Sequence record: NZ_CP072340.1
Length of the DNA: 64,000 nt
Direction: 5' to 3' (one strand)
Source: a plasmid
The notes beneath the pieces were generated by a model. The model ran no database searches. It was not told the origin of the DNA and saw only the letters and a list, made by a program, of their open reading frames with translations. Position numbers and translations under genes: made by a program. This document shows, in pieces, positions 9,840 through 19,976 of this stretch (its first letter is position 1; each line of letters starts with the position of its first letter).

Positions 9840-10307
9840 TCAAGTCATGTTCTCACTATTGACAGTTGGCAGACCATTGACCTCAATGAGCAGAACGATT
9901 GTTCCTGCCAGTTCGGTGTAGAGTTTATCGTACTCAGGACTCGCCCCAAAGTCGTCTGTCAGTTCATACTTGTCGAAAACGCTTTGCACAGCCTTATTCT
10001 TCAGAAGCATTGGTGCTAGTCTTTCAGGAAGAGGAGAAGGAAGTTCTTTCTCGAACTCATCCTCTAAGACAGACACAAGCGTGTCGTACTTGGAGAAATG
10101 CAGTCCTTGATACAGAACTTCGCTTGCCATTACCTCCGCCTCCGGGTGAGAAAAACCTTGTGCTACAGCATCGCAGTAAGCTGTCAATGCTTCGTCTGCG
10201 CGAGCAGTTACAAACGTATTTTCATTCACTCTCTCTGGATAATGCTCTCCGAGATACGCTTCCAACTTCAAACGGAAGTAAGAAAGCTCTTTCTTTGTTG
10301 TTGTCAT
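9840..10307 (-). CDS. DUF1896-family protein (conjugative transposon int-proximal gene)
   Basis: 155 aa acidic protein immediately downstream of integrase, same strand. Confidence 0.55.
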   Translation of the reverse strand: MTTTKKELSYFRLKLEAYLGEHYPERVNENTFVTARADEALTAYCDAVAQGFSHPEAEVMASEVLYQGLHFSKYDTLVSVLEDEFEKELPSPLPERLAPMLLKNKAVQSVFDKYELTDDFGASPEYDKLYTELAGTIVLLIEVNGLPTVNSENMT

Positions 10308-10332
10308 AATCTTCTTGGTTTATGGTTGTACA

Positions 10333-11565
10333 TTATTTTGAGTTGATGCCCATAGCAACTTTGAACTTGTCTAACTTGCCCGCCAACTGTTCCATATCGT
10401 GTTCTATCTTCTTATTGGTAATACGGGCATAGATTTGTGTGGTTTTAATGTTGGTATGTCCCAGCATCTTCGACACACTTTCCATAGGAACGCCCTTGCT
10501 GAGCGACATGGTCGCAAATGTATGCCGGGCAAGATGGAAGGTCAGATTCTTCTTGACACCGCAAAGGTCGGCAATTTCTTTTAAATATGCGTTGGTTTTC
10601 TGATTCGTTAGGATGGGAAATAGTTTGCCGTCCCGATAGGTCTTATGACTGTACTTGGCAATGATACTCTTGGGAATGTCAAGCAATAAAACATTTGTCT
10701 CCACACTTGTTTTCTGTCTCTTGGTCATAATCCACTGCTTATCATCAAGTGTTACGATATTGTCCGGTGTGAGATTGGAAACATCAATATATGCCAGACC
10801 TGTGAAACATGAAAAGATGAAAACATCCCTTACTAACTCCAAGCGTTGAATAGCAAAATCCTTGTTGGCTATCTTCATAATTTCCTCATCCGTGAGAAAA
10901 CCACGATTTACCGGCTCCAAGTGGAAACGATGATTGAGGAATGGGTCGTGAAGAAGATAGCCACGCTTTTGCGCATAGATGGTCACGGTTTTCAGTGCCT
11001 TCAATTTCTTGACTGATGTGTTATAGGCACACCCAGCCGCCGTACTCAGATATAACTCAAAATCCTGTACTACGGATGGCGTGAACTCTGCCAGTCCAAT
11101 ATCTTTCTTCCCATACTTATAGATAAGGAATTCTGCGAAATGCCTTCTTAAAACGCTGTACTTTTGCAGGCTGTCCTTGCTGATGGTATGTCCGACACGC
11201 TGTCTGACATCTTCGTTGAACTTGTCGAATATAGGGAGAAAGGTCGTGTACTCCCTGTCTTTCCCGACAAAGAATGAGCGGATTTTATCCAATGACAAGG
11301 ATTCATCATCCTCGAATTTGTGGTAAATGTTATTCAGCATTGTGGAAATGGAGTCCAATGCGGCATTAGCGGATAAGGCTTCTGCCGTCCGACCTTTGAG
11401 CCTGCTGGTAGTGTTATTCCACAGCGACTTGTCCACGAATATTTTCGTAGATCCGAAATTAGCCATCTCTCCGTTAAGGAATACTCGGAGCATTACAGGC
11501 GACTTTCCTTCTTTGTTCTCATAGTTTGAGCGTAGGTAGAAGGACACCTTGAAATTTGTTCTCAT
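10333..11565 (-). CDS. int: Tyrosine-type site-specific integrase (IntDOT-like)
   Basis: 410 aa; catalytic HLARHTFAT ... HTNIKTTQIYA (R..H..R..Y) motifs; N-terminal arm-binding domain. Confidence 0.85.
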   Translation of the reverse strand: MRTNFKVSFYLRSNYENKEGKSPVMLRVFLNGEMANFGSTKIFVDKSLWNNTTSRLKGRTAEALSANAALDSISTMLNNIYHKFEDDESLSLDKIRSFFVGKDREYTTFLPIFDKFNEDVRQRVGHTISKDSLQKYSVLRRHFAEFLIYKYGKKDIGLAEFTPSVVQDFELYLSTAAGCAYNTSVKKLKALKTVTIYAQKRGYLLHDPFLNHRFHLEPVNRGFLTDEEIMKIANKDFAIQRLELVRDVFIFSCFTGLAYIDVSNLTPDNIVTLDDKQWIMTKRQKTSVETNVLLLDIPKSIIAKYSHKTYRDGKLFPILTNQKTNAYLKEIADLCGVKKNLTFHLARHTFATMSLSKGVPMESVSKMLGHTNIKTTQIYARITNKKIEHDMEQLAGKLDKFKVAMGINSK

Positions 11566-11935
11566 AATGCATCATTCTTTTGTGTAGCACTCGGCTGCAA
11601 AGTTAATACTTAATACCTTGAAAAAGAAAGAGTTGATGCCGTCAATATGGTATTCAAAATCCCGTCACTGCTACATTTTTTGCTACTGCAATTTTTGTGT
11701 AGCAGTAAGTGTAGCAGAAATTGACCGAAAGATGACTGTCAAAATATAGGGTTATGCCGTCAGGCTATGGAGGTATATACAAAGAAAAATCGTTGTAAAA
11801 CCTTGATTTTACAACGATTAGCTAATTTTTGAAGGCTAAATTGACAACCCTTGTGAAGTCCTTTTGAAGCCTATTAGCGGAGAGAGAGGCTTGTGAACCT
11901 TCGGAGGTATCAATCTATAAAATGGAGGAAACGGC
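11566..11935. repeat. Integrase-proximal non-coding region with GTGTAGCA/TGCTAC direct and inverted repeats and a perfect 11-bp inverted repeat (TCGTTGTAAAA..TTTTACAACGA); candidate att/arm-site region
   Basis: TGTGTAGCAC (11.58 kb), CTGCTACATTTTTTGCTACTGCAATTTTTGTGTAGCAGTAAGTGTAGCAG (11.68-11.72 kb); IR at ~11792-11819. Confidence 0.35.
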
Positions 11936-12352
11936 ATGAAAGCAAACGATAACTTAAAAGCCGTAACAAACACTGCCTGTCATCGCAGTATCTTTGATTG
12001 GGGCAGCAATATGCAGGTTGTCAGAAAAGGAAACGGAGACATAACCATGACGGAGGGAGAACTTGCGAAGTTCTTCGGTGTAACGTGGAGTAAACTTAAC
12101 CATAGACTGCAAGCGTTGATGAGATTTTCTAACCTGCATCCCGATGAAAGGAGTGCAGGTGAGGATGATATTTATGTAAACGAACAACTAAAAGGTTATG
12201 CTCCGCTCTATCCGCTTCCTATCATCATTGCCCTGTCTTTTCAGTTGGACAGCACAGAAGCGCATTTGTTCAGGAAGTATCTCTGTGAGAGGTTGCAGAA
12301 ACCTGCATCCGTGATAACACCGATATTTCTGCTTGGCAGCACGGATAACTGA
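11936..12352 (+). pseudogene. RhuM-family (virulence protein RhuM-like) N-terminal fragment, truncated at 138 aa
   Basis: ELAKFFGVTWSKLNHRLQAL ... PIIIALSFQLDSTEAHLFRKYLCERL resembles RhuM N-terminal half; full-length RhuM proteins are ~330 aa; followed by 230 nt AT-rich non-coding DNA. Confidence 0.4.
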
Positions 12353-12586
12353 TAATCTGTATTGATTTCCTTTTTCTTTCACCGATATTATCCTACTACT
12401 TACTACAACAAGAGATAAGGCAGTGAAAGAAAAAGGGTTATAATGTAGTTAGAACAAGAAATGAAAATTACTACCCTATGACTACATTCTATCTTATATG
12501 GGAATAACTGAGAGCCGTTTAGCCCTTTGGGGGCATAATATTTAGGTATCTTACCTTTATTATATCTTCTTATTATGCAATTGCCT

Positions 12587-13639
12587 CTAAGAATGATATG
12601 TCTCTGTGAAATTATGTCGTGTGTTATTGGCAATCCTTACTAACATCAACATCACCGGAACTTCGACCAACACGCCCACCACCGTAGCCAATGCAGCCCC
12701 AGATTGTAAACCAAAAAGAGAAATAGCTACAGCAACCGCCAATTCAAAGAAATTACTTGCCCCAATCATTCCGGCAGGTGCGGCAACATCATGGGGTAAT
12801 TTCCACCATTTCGACCAACCGTAAGCAACGAAAAATATCAGAACCGTTTGCAACACAAGCGGAACAGCAATCAATAAGATATGCAGGGGATTGTTCAGTA
12901 TCGTTTCTCCTTGAAATGAAAACAGGATAATAAGTGTTAATAGCAACCCACCTACCATGTAATTATTAAATTTCTTAATAAATATATTGTTGAAATACTC
13001 CACACCTTTGCGGCGGATAACCATTATTCGAGTAATGACCCCAGCCGCAAGTGGTATCACAATAAAGAGCCCTACGGATAGCAACAGAGTGTCCCATGGG
13101 ATAGATACGCCGCCAACTCCCAGCAAGAAAGCAACGATAGGGGCAAACGCTACCAATATGATTAAATCGTTCACAGCCACTTGTACCAGTGTATAAGCGG
13201 CATCCCCTTTAGTAAGGTAACTCCACACGAACATCATAGCTGTACAAGGTGCAGCCCCCAATAATACCGCCCCGGCTAGATATTCTTCGGCTAATCCGGC
13301 AGGTATAAAGGCTTTGAAAACCACATAGAAGAACAAATAAGCAATTCCAAACATGGTAAATGGCTTTATCAGCCAATTTGTAACGCCAGTGACTATTATT
13401 CCTTTCGGACGCTTGCCGACATTCTTAACACTTTGAAAATCTACTTTTAGCATCATCGGATAAATCATTAACCAAATCAGGATTGCCACGGGTATAGACA
13501 CGTTGGCATATTCAAATTTGCTTAATGTTTGCGGAATTGCCGGAAGCCATTGTCCCACGGCAATTCCAATAATGATGCACAAGGCAACCCAGACAGTCAG
13601 GTATTTTTCAAAAAATCCAATTCCTTGTTTCTTTTCCAT
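12587..13639 (-). CDS. acr3: Arsenite efflux transporter ACR3
   Basis: 350 aa, 10 TM, ACR3-family conserved segments (AAPCTAMMFVWSYL...). Confidence 0.85.
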   Translation of the reverse strand: MEKKQGIGFFEKYLTVWVALCIIIGIAVGQWLPAIPQTLSKFEYANVSIPVAILIWLMIYPMMLKVDFQSVKNVGKRPKGIIVTGVTNWLIKPFTMFGIAYLFFYVVFKAFIPAGLAEEYLAGAVLLGAAPCTAMMFVWSYLTKGDAAYTLVQVAVNDLIILVAFAPIVAFLLGVGGVSIPWDTLLLSVGLFIVIPLAAGVITRIMVIRRKGVEYFNNIFIKKFNNYMVGGLLLTLIILFSFQGETILNNPLHILLIAVPLVLQTVLIFFVAYGWSKWWKLPHDVAAPAGMIGASNFFELAVAVAISLFGLQSGAALATVVGVLVEVPVMLMLVRIANNTRHNFTETYHS

Positions 13640-13651
13640 AACAATATCTAT

Positions 13652-14080
13652 TTATTTTAATTGTGGTTTTAATTCGTTCAGGTAAAAGTCATAGAAACAG
13701 GCTTTAATTTCATCCCGTACCCGATGGAACTCACTGTTGATAAACTCGGGACTTCCGGTTGCTTCCGAGGGATCGTCAAACCCTATATGCAGCCTGTTTC
13801 TTACTTTACCTGTAAACATAGGACAACTTTCGTTTGCACCACCGCAAACGGTTATTACGTAATCCCATTCCTTGTCAAGATAGGTGTTAACATGTGTTGG
13901 GACATGTGAGGCAATATTTATTCTGGCTTCTTTCATTACTTCCACCGCCTTGGCGTTTACCTGTTTCGCTGGTACCGTTCCACCAGAATACACTTCTATA
14001 TTTTTGTCGAATGACTGTAGAAAGCCATGAGCCATTTGGCTACGGCAGCTGTTTCCTGTACAAAGAATCAATACTTTCAT
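13652..14080 (-). CDS. arsC: Arsenate reductase ArsC (LMW-PTP / thioredoxin-coupled type)
   Basis: CTGNSCRS P-loop motif at N-terminus, 142 aa. Confidence 0.8.
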   Translation of the reverse strand: MKVLILCTGNSCRSQMAHGFLQSFDKNIEVYSGGTVPAKQVNAKAVEVMKEARINIASHVPTHVNTYLDKEWDYVITVCGGANESCPMFTGKVRNRLHIGFDDPSEATGSPEFINSEFHRVRDEIKACFYDFYLNELKPQLK

Positions 14081-14152
14081 CTTTTTATTTTTAAATTTGG
14101 GGATTTGACTTACTATATAGTTTGAATGCTTTTTGGAAGGAGCTTCTACATA

Positions 14153-15157
14153 TTATAGAATATAATTAAACAGATAGCCGGACAAGATGATGAAAAACGT
14201 CACAGTGCCGAAGAATATGCCGATAAGTCTCCATGTCATTACTTTCTTGAGCAGTGTTGCCTCTGGCAAGGAAAGACCAACGACAGCCATCATGAAGGCT
14301 ATCGCCGTTCCGATGGGAATGCCTTTCGCTACAAATACCTCGATTACTGGGACGATACCTGCGGCATTAGCATACATCGGTACGGCAAGTATAACAGACA
14401 AAGGAACTGCATACCAGTTGTCTTTTGACATGTATTGCTCAAAGAATCCTTCAGGAACAAAGCCATGCATGAAAGCACCGATACCTATACCTATCAGAAT
14501 ATATATAAGTACACCACTGACAATTTTCCATGCATCACGGATAATAGTGGGAAGCCTCTTGGTAAAGGTGGTATGGTCTTTTTCCCATTCCCCTGCCTGA
14601 GCGGATGAATTTGCCTGCATCTGCTTTACCCAGTCACTCAGATAAGGAGCAAGGCGCATGCGACCGAGTACTATACCGCCTATTACTCCTAACAGAATGC
14701 CGCTGATGACATAGATAAGAGTCACCTTCAATCCGAAGGAGCCAAGGAACATGGCAACAGCCACCTCGTTTACCAACGGTGATGTGATAAGAAATGCGAA
14801 TGTTACGCCCAAAGGAATGCCGCCCTTTACAAATCCGATAAACAGAGGAATGGAAGAACATGAACAGAAAGGAGTGACCGCTCCGAATATGGAAGCCAGC
14901 AAGTACTGCAATCCGTACATATTGTGTGTAACCAGATATTTTCTCAAACGTTCAATTGGGAAGTAGGCGTTGATAATTCCCATCAATACGCTGATGAAGA
15001 ACAAAAGGATAAGTATTTTTATCGTATCATAAAAGAAAAAGTTTACGGCAATTCCTATCGGTGTGTCGGCACTTAGTCCGAGCAGTCCGTAAACAAGCCT
15101 GTCTGCAAATTCTTGTATCATAGAAGTCTTTTTTTTTGTTCGCTTAAATACGAACAA
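14153..15157 (-). CDS. arsP: ArsP-like permease (COG0701) with TPFCSCS motif
   Basis: 334 aa polytopic membrane protein; VTPFCSCSSIP motif characteristic of organoarsenical permease ArsP family. Confidence 0.6.
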   Translation of the reverse strand: MFVFKRTKKKTSMIQEFADRLVYGLLGLSADTPIGIAVNFFFYDTIKILILLFFISVLMGIINAYFPIERLRKYLVTHNMYGLQYLLASIFGAVTPFCSCSSIPLFIGFVKGGIPLGVTFAFLITSPLVNEVAVAMFLGSFGLKVTLIYVISGILLGVIGGIVLGRMRLAPYLSDWVKQMQANSSAQAGEWEKDHTTFTKRLPTIIRDAWKIVSGVLIYILIGIGIGAFMHGFVPEGFFEQYMSKDNWYAVPLSVILAVPMYANAAGIVPVIEVFVAKGIPIGTAIAFMMAVVGLSLPEATLLKKVMTWRLIGIFFGTVTFFIILSGYLFNYIL

Positions 15158-15228
15158 TGTTCTTGAAAAAAAGCGGCAGATACCATAATGGTTGTTTCTG
15201 CCGCTCGTGGTTAAACATATTCTGTCAA

Positions 15229-15462
15229 TCAGATGCCCAGAAGTTCCTTTACTTCACTTTCTGTCGGTACCTTCCCCTTCAATTTTACCACTTCGTCAAT
15301 GACAACGGCTGGCGATGTCATGATATTGTAATTCATCATTTCCATGATGTCGTCCACCTTGGTGAGTTTTGCATCGATGTCGTTCTCTTTAAGTACCTTT
15401 TCAATTACATTGTAGGTTGATTTACATTTGGCACAACCCGGCCCTAAAACTTTTATTTCCAT
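15229..15462 (-). CDS. Small thioredoxin-fold protein (redox-active disulfide protein 2 family)
   Basis: 77 aa, GPGCAKC CxxC motif near N-terminus. Confidence 0.6.
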   Translation of the reverse strand: MEIKVLGPGCAKCKSTYNVIEKVLKENDIDAKLTKVDDIMEMMNYNIMTSPAVVIDEVVKLKGKVPTESEVKELLGI

Positions 15463-15495
15463 ATTAGTAAAAATACTATTGTTATTAAATTCATT

Positions 15496-16212
15496 TTACA
15501 AATACATTATCCAGCAATAATATATGCCGATGATGATGAATACCACGCCTACAATAAGGTTCGCCCATTTTTGCACTTTCTGTATCTTTCCGTAAAAATT
15601 TCCCATTTGTTGTACGCTGAAGGCGAGAACCCATGCAACAGCAAGTACCGGTATAGCCGTAGCGACAGCAAATATCATGGGTAGAAGATAGCCTGCCGAG
15701 GTCGTGGCAGACATCGGTATCAGCATGCCGAAGTAGAACACGCCACTGGTGGGACAGAAAGCCAGGGCGAACAGAACCCCTATCATCAGAGCACCCCAGC
15801 CGCCTTTCCTGGCAAGACCTTCCGGATTTCCAGTGAATCCAAACTTGGGGAGGTTGAGTTTATCTCCCCAAAGCATGAACAGGCCTATCACGAGTAGAAG
15901 AGGTCCAAGTATAAGCTCCCCCCACGTTCCTATTGTCTTTTGTATGCCGAACATACTGGAACCTTCTTTCAGAATAGTAATCAGTATTACACCAAGTAGG
16001 GTGTATGAAAGAATTCGCCCCAGCGTATAAAGCAGGCCATTTCGGAATATGCGCTTCCTGTTTTCAATATCTCTTCCGATAAACCCTATAGCTGCTATGT
16101 TCGTTGCTAACGGACAAGGTGAAAGTGCTGTCAGTAGTCCGAGCAGAAATGCTGTCAGTATAGGCGTGGAACTGTTATCCAGCAATGTCTGTAACCAATC
16201 CATATCCACCAT
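15496..16212 (-). CDS. ccdA: CcdA/DsbD-family transmembrane thiol-disulfide electron transporter
   Basis: 238 aa, 6 TM, conserved Cys in TM1 (LSPCPL) and TM4 (FCPTSG). Confidence 0.7.
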   Translation of the reverse strand: MVDMDWLQTLLDNSSTPILTAFLLGLLTALSPCPLATNIAAIGFIGRDIENRKRIFRNGLLYTLGRILSYTLLGVILITILKEGSSMFGIQKTIGTWGELILGPLLLVIGLFMLWGDKLNLPKFGFTGNPEGLARKGGWGALMIGVLFALAFCPTSGVFYFGMLIPMSATTSAGYLLPMIFAVATAIPVLAVAWVLAFSVQQMGNFYGKIQKVQKWANLIVGVVFIIIGIYYCWIMYL

Positions 16213-16652
16213 TATCTCAGCATTTCATTTACGGATTTTACGACACCAGCCCTAAATACATCTGGTGATTTGCGTGCATTAGCAAAAGCAAATTCAGTCA
16301 TATTCTTGTATGTTTCCTTTCCATTCTTATGTCTAACGATAAATAGTGAAGACCATGTTACCTCATACTTTTCTGCTATCTTCTCATTTTCCTTTTTGCT
16401 GATGTCTATTACCTTAAAAGTCACCTTGCCTTTTTTTATCTGGTCAGCGAAGTTCTTTTTCATTGTAGCTTTAGTGTTGCTTTCGATAGCCATACATGTG
16501 GCACAGCGCTGTTTCCCATGAAAATACAACACTTCTACATAATCCTTTACCGTCGTCTTTTTTAGAGCCTGGGCGTCTGTTCCGTCCTTTGCATTCATGT
16601 TGCAAAAGATAAAGGTGAAACATGCCACGATTAAAAATAAACACTTTTTCAT
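16212..16652 (-). CDS. Secreted thioredoxin-fold protein with CATC motif (TlpA-like)
   Basis: Signal peptide, CATC redox motif; start codon overlaps ccdA stop. Confidence 0.45.
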   Translation of the reverse strand: MKKCLFLIVACFTFIFCNMNAKDGTDAQALKKTTVKDYVEVLYFHGKQRCATCMAIESNTKATMKKNFADQIKKGKVTFKVIDISKKENEKIAEKYEVTWSSLFIVRHKNGKETYKNMTEFAFANARKSPDVFRAGVVKSVNEMLR

Positions 16653-16712
16653 ACCTTTTTATATTTTGTTGTTAGTCATTCGCAAAACTACGAACATATT
16701 TTTCAAAAAAAA

Positions 16713-17036
16713 TCACCTACGACAGCCCTTATTATTGCAGGGTTGCGCAAAGAAATCTGCAAACATCTTCTTCGCAGCTTGCCAATTATCCTTGTTGATA
16801 CAATATTTAACTTTGGGCGCTTCCACTTCACCCTGGATTAAGCCGGCTTCTTTCAATTCCTTCAAATGCTGCGAAACGGTTGCTTTGGCAATAGGTAGTT
16901 CTTCGTGAATATCACCGAAGAAGCAACTATCTTGTTTTGCCAAGAAAGCAAGAATTGCCATCCTCGTTGGATGTCCCATTGCTTTGGCAAAATGAGCTAT
17001 CTGTTCCAGATTTGTTGTGTGCAGTTTATCTTCCAT
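16713..17036 (-). CDS. arsR: ArsR-family metalloregulator
   Basis: [14 protein letters not shown]...[16 protein letters not shown]; start at MEDKLH (17036). Confidence 0.75.
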   Translation of the reverse strand: MEDKLHTTNLEQIAHFAKAMGHPTRMAILAFLAKQDSCFFGDIHEELPIAKATVSQHLKELKEAGLIQGEVEAPKVKYCINKDNWQAAKKMFADFFAQPCNNKGCRR

Positions 17037-17316
17037 TATTCTATATGTATCATTGTTTGTTGTTTGCAAAATTACGAACAATATCTGATACATGCAAATA
17101 ATATCGTTATTTTTTGGGAAAATCGTTTTTTTTTTCTGTATCTCAGAAAAATATAAGTAGTAATCCTATGCTATAGTCGCAAGTCTAAGTTGTTAATGAT
17201 TCTATGTGAAAGCATCTTATGGTTTCCAAATCCATAGGAATAGCTGCTTCCTTCTTGCAGGGTACTTGTGAAATCATAAGCTATTAGTTTAACTTTTGAA
17301 ATGTAATCTAAATATC

Positions 17317-17622
17317 CTAAGGCACTTGTTTCTGTTCCCTATAATTATCTTTTAGCATCTTTTCCAAATCTGAGGCCTTATAGAGGATTTTTCCTGCGAA
17401 CTGGGTGTAGGGGATAATTCCCCTATCCCGATAGTCCTGCAAGGTGCGAGGGCTGATGTACAGCCTTTCGCACACCTCTTTACTCGTGAGAAAGTGCTCA
17501 CCGCCAAAGAGCGGTTTGTGTGTCTTTGCCACTTCCTTAATCCGCTTACTTACCCCTTTTAGTGCGGACAGCACCACCTGCATATCGTCTGCCTCCATGT
17601 TCAAATCTCTTACTTGTTCCAT
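17317..17622 (-). CDS. Helix-turn-helix (excisionase/MerR-like) domain protein of mobilisable elements
   Basis: 101 aa; C-terminal HTH LTSKEVCERLYISPRTLQDYRDRGIIP. Confidence 0.55.
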   Translation of the reverse strand: MEQVRDLNMEADDMQVVLSALKGVSKRIKEVAKTHKPLFGGEHFLTSKEVCERLYISPRTLQDYRDRGIIPYTQFAGKILYKASDLEKMLKDNYREQKQVP

Positions 17623-17634
17623 AGTTCTTTCGCC

Positions 17635-17937
17635 TTATTTGTTATTCATGGATTTGTCCGTTTTTGATTTCTCCGATTTAGTTTGGAGCAATAGCTCCAC
17701 ATCCTCACGCCTGTAATAGCACTTATGCCCGATTTGAGAGAATGGAAGTACACCTGTATCCCGGTAGTGCTGCAATGTGCGCTTGCTGATGTTGAGCAAC
17801 TTGCATACATCACCATTGTGCAGCCAATCGGTATGCTTGCTCTGTTCCCCGAATGCCTTGTGGCAGGTCTCGGCAAGGCTGAGAATCTCATTCCTGAGCC
17901 TTGTCCAATTTGAATCCGTAATGATAAAATATCCCAT
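17635..17937 (-). CDS. Helix-turn-helix domain protein (second of pair)
   Basis: ATG at 17937 (track ORF starts at GTG 17988); HTH GDVCKLLNISKRTLQHYRDTGVLP. Confidence 0.55.
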   Translation of the reverse strand: MGYFIITDSNWTRLRNEILSLAETCHKAFGEQSKHTDWLHNGDVCKLLNISKRTLQHYRDTGVLPFSQIGHKCYYRREDVELLLQTKSEKSKTDKSMNNK

Positions 17938-18528
17938 AGTTTTATTATTGTTTTGTTTGTAATTCTGTCTTATTGGTATTGACAACACCTTTGTCTGTTC
18001 TGCGTTTCATCGCACGTTTATGCCTGCAAAAGTATAATGAGTTTGTCATACTTCAAAGCAGCAGGGAACAGCAGGGAAACATCGGGAAGTTGAAGGAAAA
18101 GCTAACGCATTTTATCGGCAGCTGTTTGCACATTCTTTCCCTGTTTTCTTCTTTCGCCGTCCGTTTGAAACAAAGATAGGGCGGTGTATGTCCTATTCAA
18201 TCATTCTTCGTTCAAGAGACACCTTGTAACACTCTTAGTGTGGACAAACGCTACCCTATTTCTGCGCGGATTCTATTGTTTGCAATATCGGTGCAGAATA
18301 CTGCAAACGTGTGCAAAGGGTACACTTCTACCTCTGTCTTTCCTTATTATTTTATCCCCTGTTTTGACTTAATTCGGGCTTAAATCAGTCATTTCTTTTC
18401 CTGTCTCCTCAAAAAAACGTGCGAACTTTATTGCGAATGAACGCAACATCATGCAAGCACTCTTTGAATGCTTGGAACTTTCCAGTTCTCTTCATAACTT
18501 CACTCTTAGAAACCAAACCAAGCATATA

Positions 18529-19794
18529 ATGAAGAAGAATGCAGATAAAAGCAAATCGGAGGGAGGAAACAATATGCCCAAGCGAAAAAAGACTTCCTCA
18601 AAAAACGGTGAGATAGAAATCTATCTGTCCTCTCGCTATGAGTTCAGATACAACACTGTATTGGGAAGAACCGAATACCGAAGCAAGAACGATGCTCATT
18701 TCTCAAAAGTGGGTCGCTATGAAATCAACACGCTCCGAAGGGAGATAGACAACGACATCGGGATAATAACCTCATCAGAAAATCTATACTCTATCATCGA
18801 GAGCAGCTTCTCTCCACGCATCAACCCCATACAGGAGTATTTCAAGGGATTGCCATTGGTGGATGTAAGTAGCATTTCTCCCTTTTCACTGAAAGCCATT
18901 CCCCACTTGGCAAGTTGCGTAGTCGTGCGCAACTCTGACAAGTGGTTACAATATCTCACCAAGTGGCTTGTGGCGGTGGTCGCCAATGCGATGGACGACC
19001 GTGAGTGCTGTAACCACACCTGCCTTGTGCTGACGGGCGAGCAGGGAAAGTTCAAAACTACATTCTTGAATTTGCTCTGCCCACCTGCATTGCATGGCTA
19101 TAGCTACACAGGCAAGATATATCCGCAGGAGAAGGACACGCTCACCTATATAGGACAGAACCTCATAGTGAACATCGACGACCAACTCAAAGCCCTCAAC
19201 AAACGGGATGAGAACGAACTGAAGAACCTCATTACCTGCCCGATGGTCAAATACCGCATGCCCTACGACAAGTATGTAGAGGAGCATCCCCACTTGGCAA
19301 GCTTTGTGGCATCAGTGAACGGCAATGACTTTCTTACAGACCCTACAGGAAGCAGACGCTTCCTGCCCTTTGAAGTGCTTTCCATAGATATTGAGAGAGC
19401 AAAAGCGATCTCGATGAACAATGTTTATGCGGAAGCCAAAGCCCTGTTAAAGTCAGGTTTTCGCTATTGGTTTGATGATGATGAGATTGCCGAACTATAC
19501 AGAGAGAGTGAGGACTTTCAAGTACAAACTGCAGAGATGGAGCTTTTGTTGCGTTGTTTTGAAAAGCCAACGGAGGATGAAAGTTATTCGTTAATGACCA
19601 CTACGGAGATACTCACCTATTTGGGTATTTATACCCACCAACCACTTGTTGCCAAGCGGATGGGCGAAGCCTTGAAGAAAGCAGGATACATAAAGGTGAG
19701 CAAACGAAGAAACGGTGGTAGCCCCATCTATGTCTACAAGATTAGGAAAATCTTGCCCTGCCCGCTCCTTCAAACTTGTAGTAGCCAAATGTAG
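18529..19794 (+). CDS. P-loop NTPase of mobilisable elements (DUF3987/VirE-like, primase-associated)
   Basis: Walker A LTGEQGKFKTT, Walker B IVNIDD; start ambiguous (18529 or 18574). Confidence 0.55.
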   Translation: MKKNADKSKSEGGNNMPKRKKTSSKNGEIEIYLSSRYEFRYNTVLGRTEYRSKNDAHFSKVGRYEINTLRREIDNDIGIITSSENLYSIIESSFSPRINPIQEYFKGLPLVDVSSISPFSLKAIPHLASCVVVRNSDKWLQYLTKWLVAVVANAMDDRECCNHTCLVLTGEQGKFKTTFLNLLCPPALHGYSYTGKIYPQEKDTLTYIGQNLIVNIDDQLKALNKRDENELKNLITCPMVKYRMPYDKYVEEHPHLASFVASVNGNDFLTDPTGSRRFLPFEVLSIDIERAKAISMNNVYAEAKALLKSGFRYWFDDDEIAELYRESEDFQVQTAEMELLLRCFEKPTEDESYSLMTTTEILTYLGIYTHQPLVAKRMGEALKKAGYIKVSKRRNGGSPIYVYKIRKILPCPLLQTCSSQM

Positions 19795-19976
19795 TAGAAT
19801 GTGTAGTATTGTCTTATACTACAAAGTAATACTGATTATCAATCACTTATCACAGAATAGTGTGTAGTAAGAAGAAAGATGAAAAAGTTTGGAGGGGAAA
19901 AACTTTGGAAAAGGTAAAACCATAAAAACAGACAAACATAAATAATTATCATTCAACCCATTAATGTATCAAAACA

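Noticed and set aside
16713-17093. Longer ArsR start (126 aa, [10 protein letters not shown]...)
   Set aside because: The first 19 residues are hydrophobic/non-conserved and precede the canonical ArsR N-terminus; ATG at 17036 (MEDKLH) gives the standard ~107-aa protein.
18451-18528. Upstream extension of the P-loop protein (MQALFECLELSS...)
   Set aside because: No homology expected for this leader; internal ATG at 18529 (or 18574 with a GGAGG-like motif) is more plausible; kept ambiguous.
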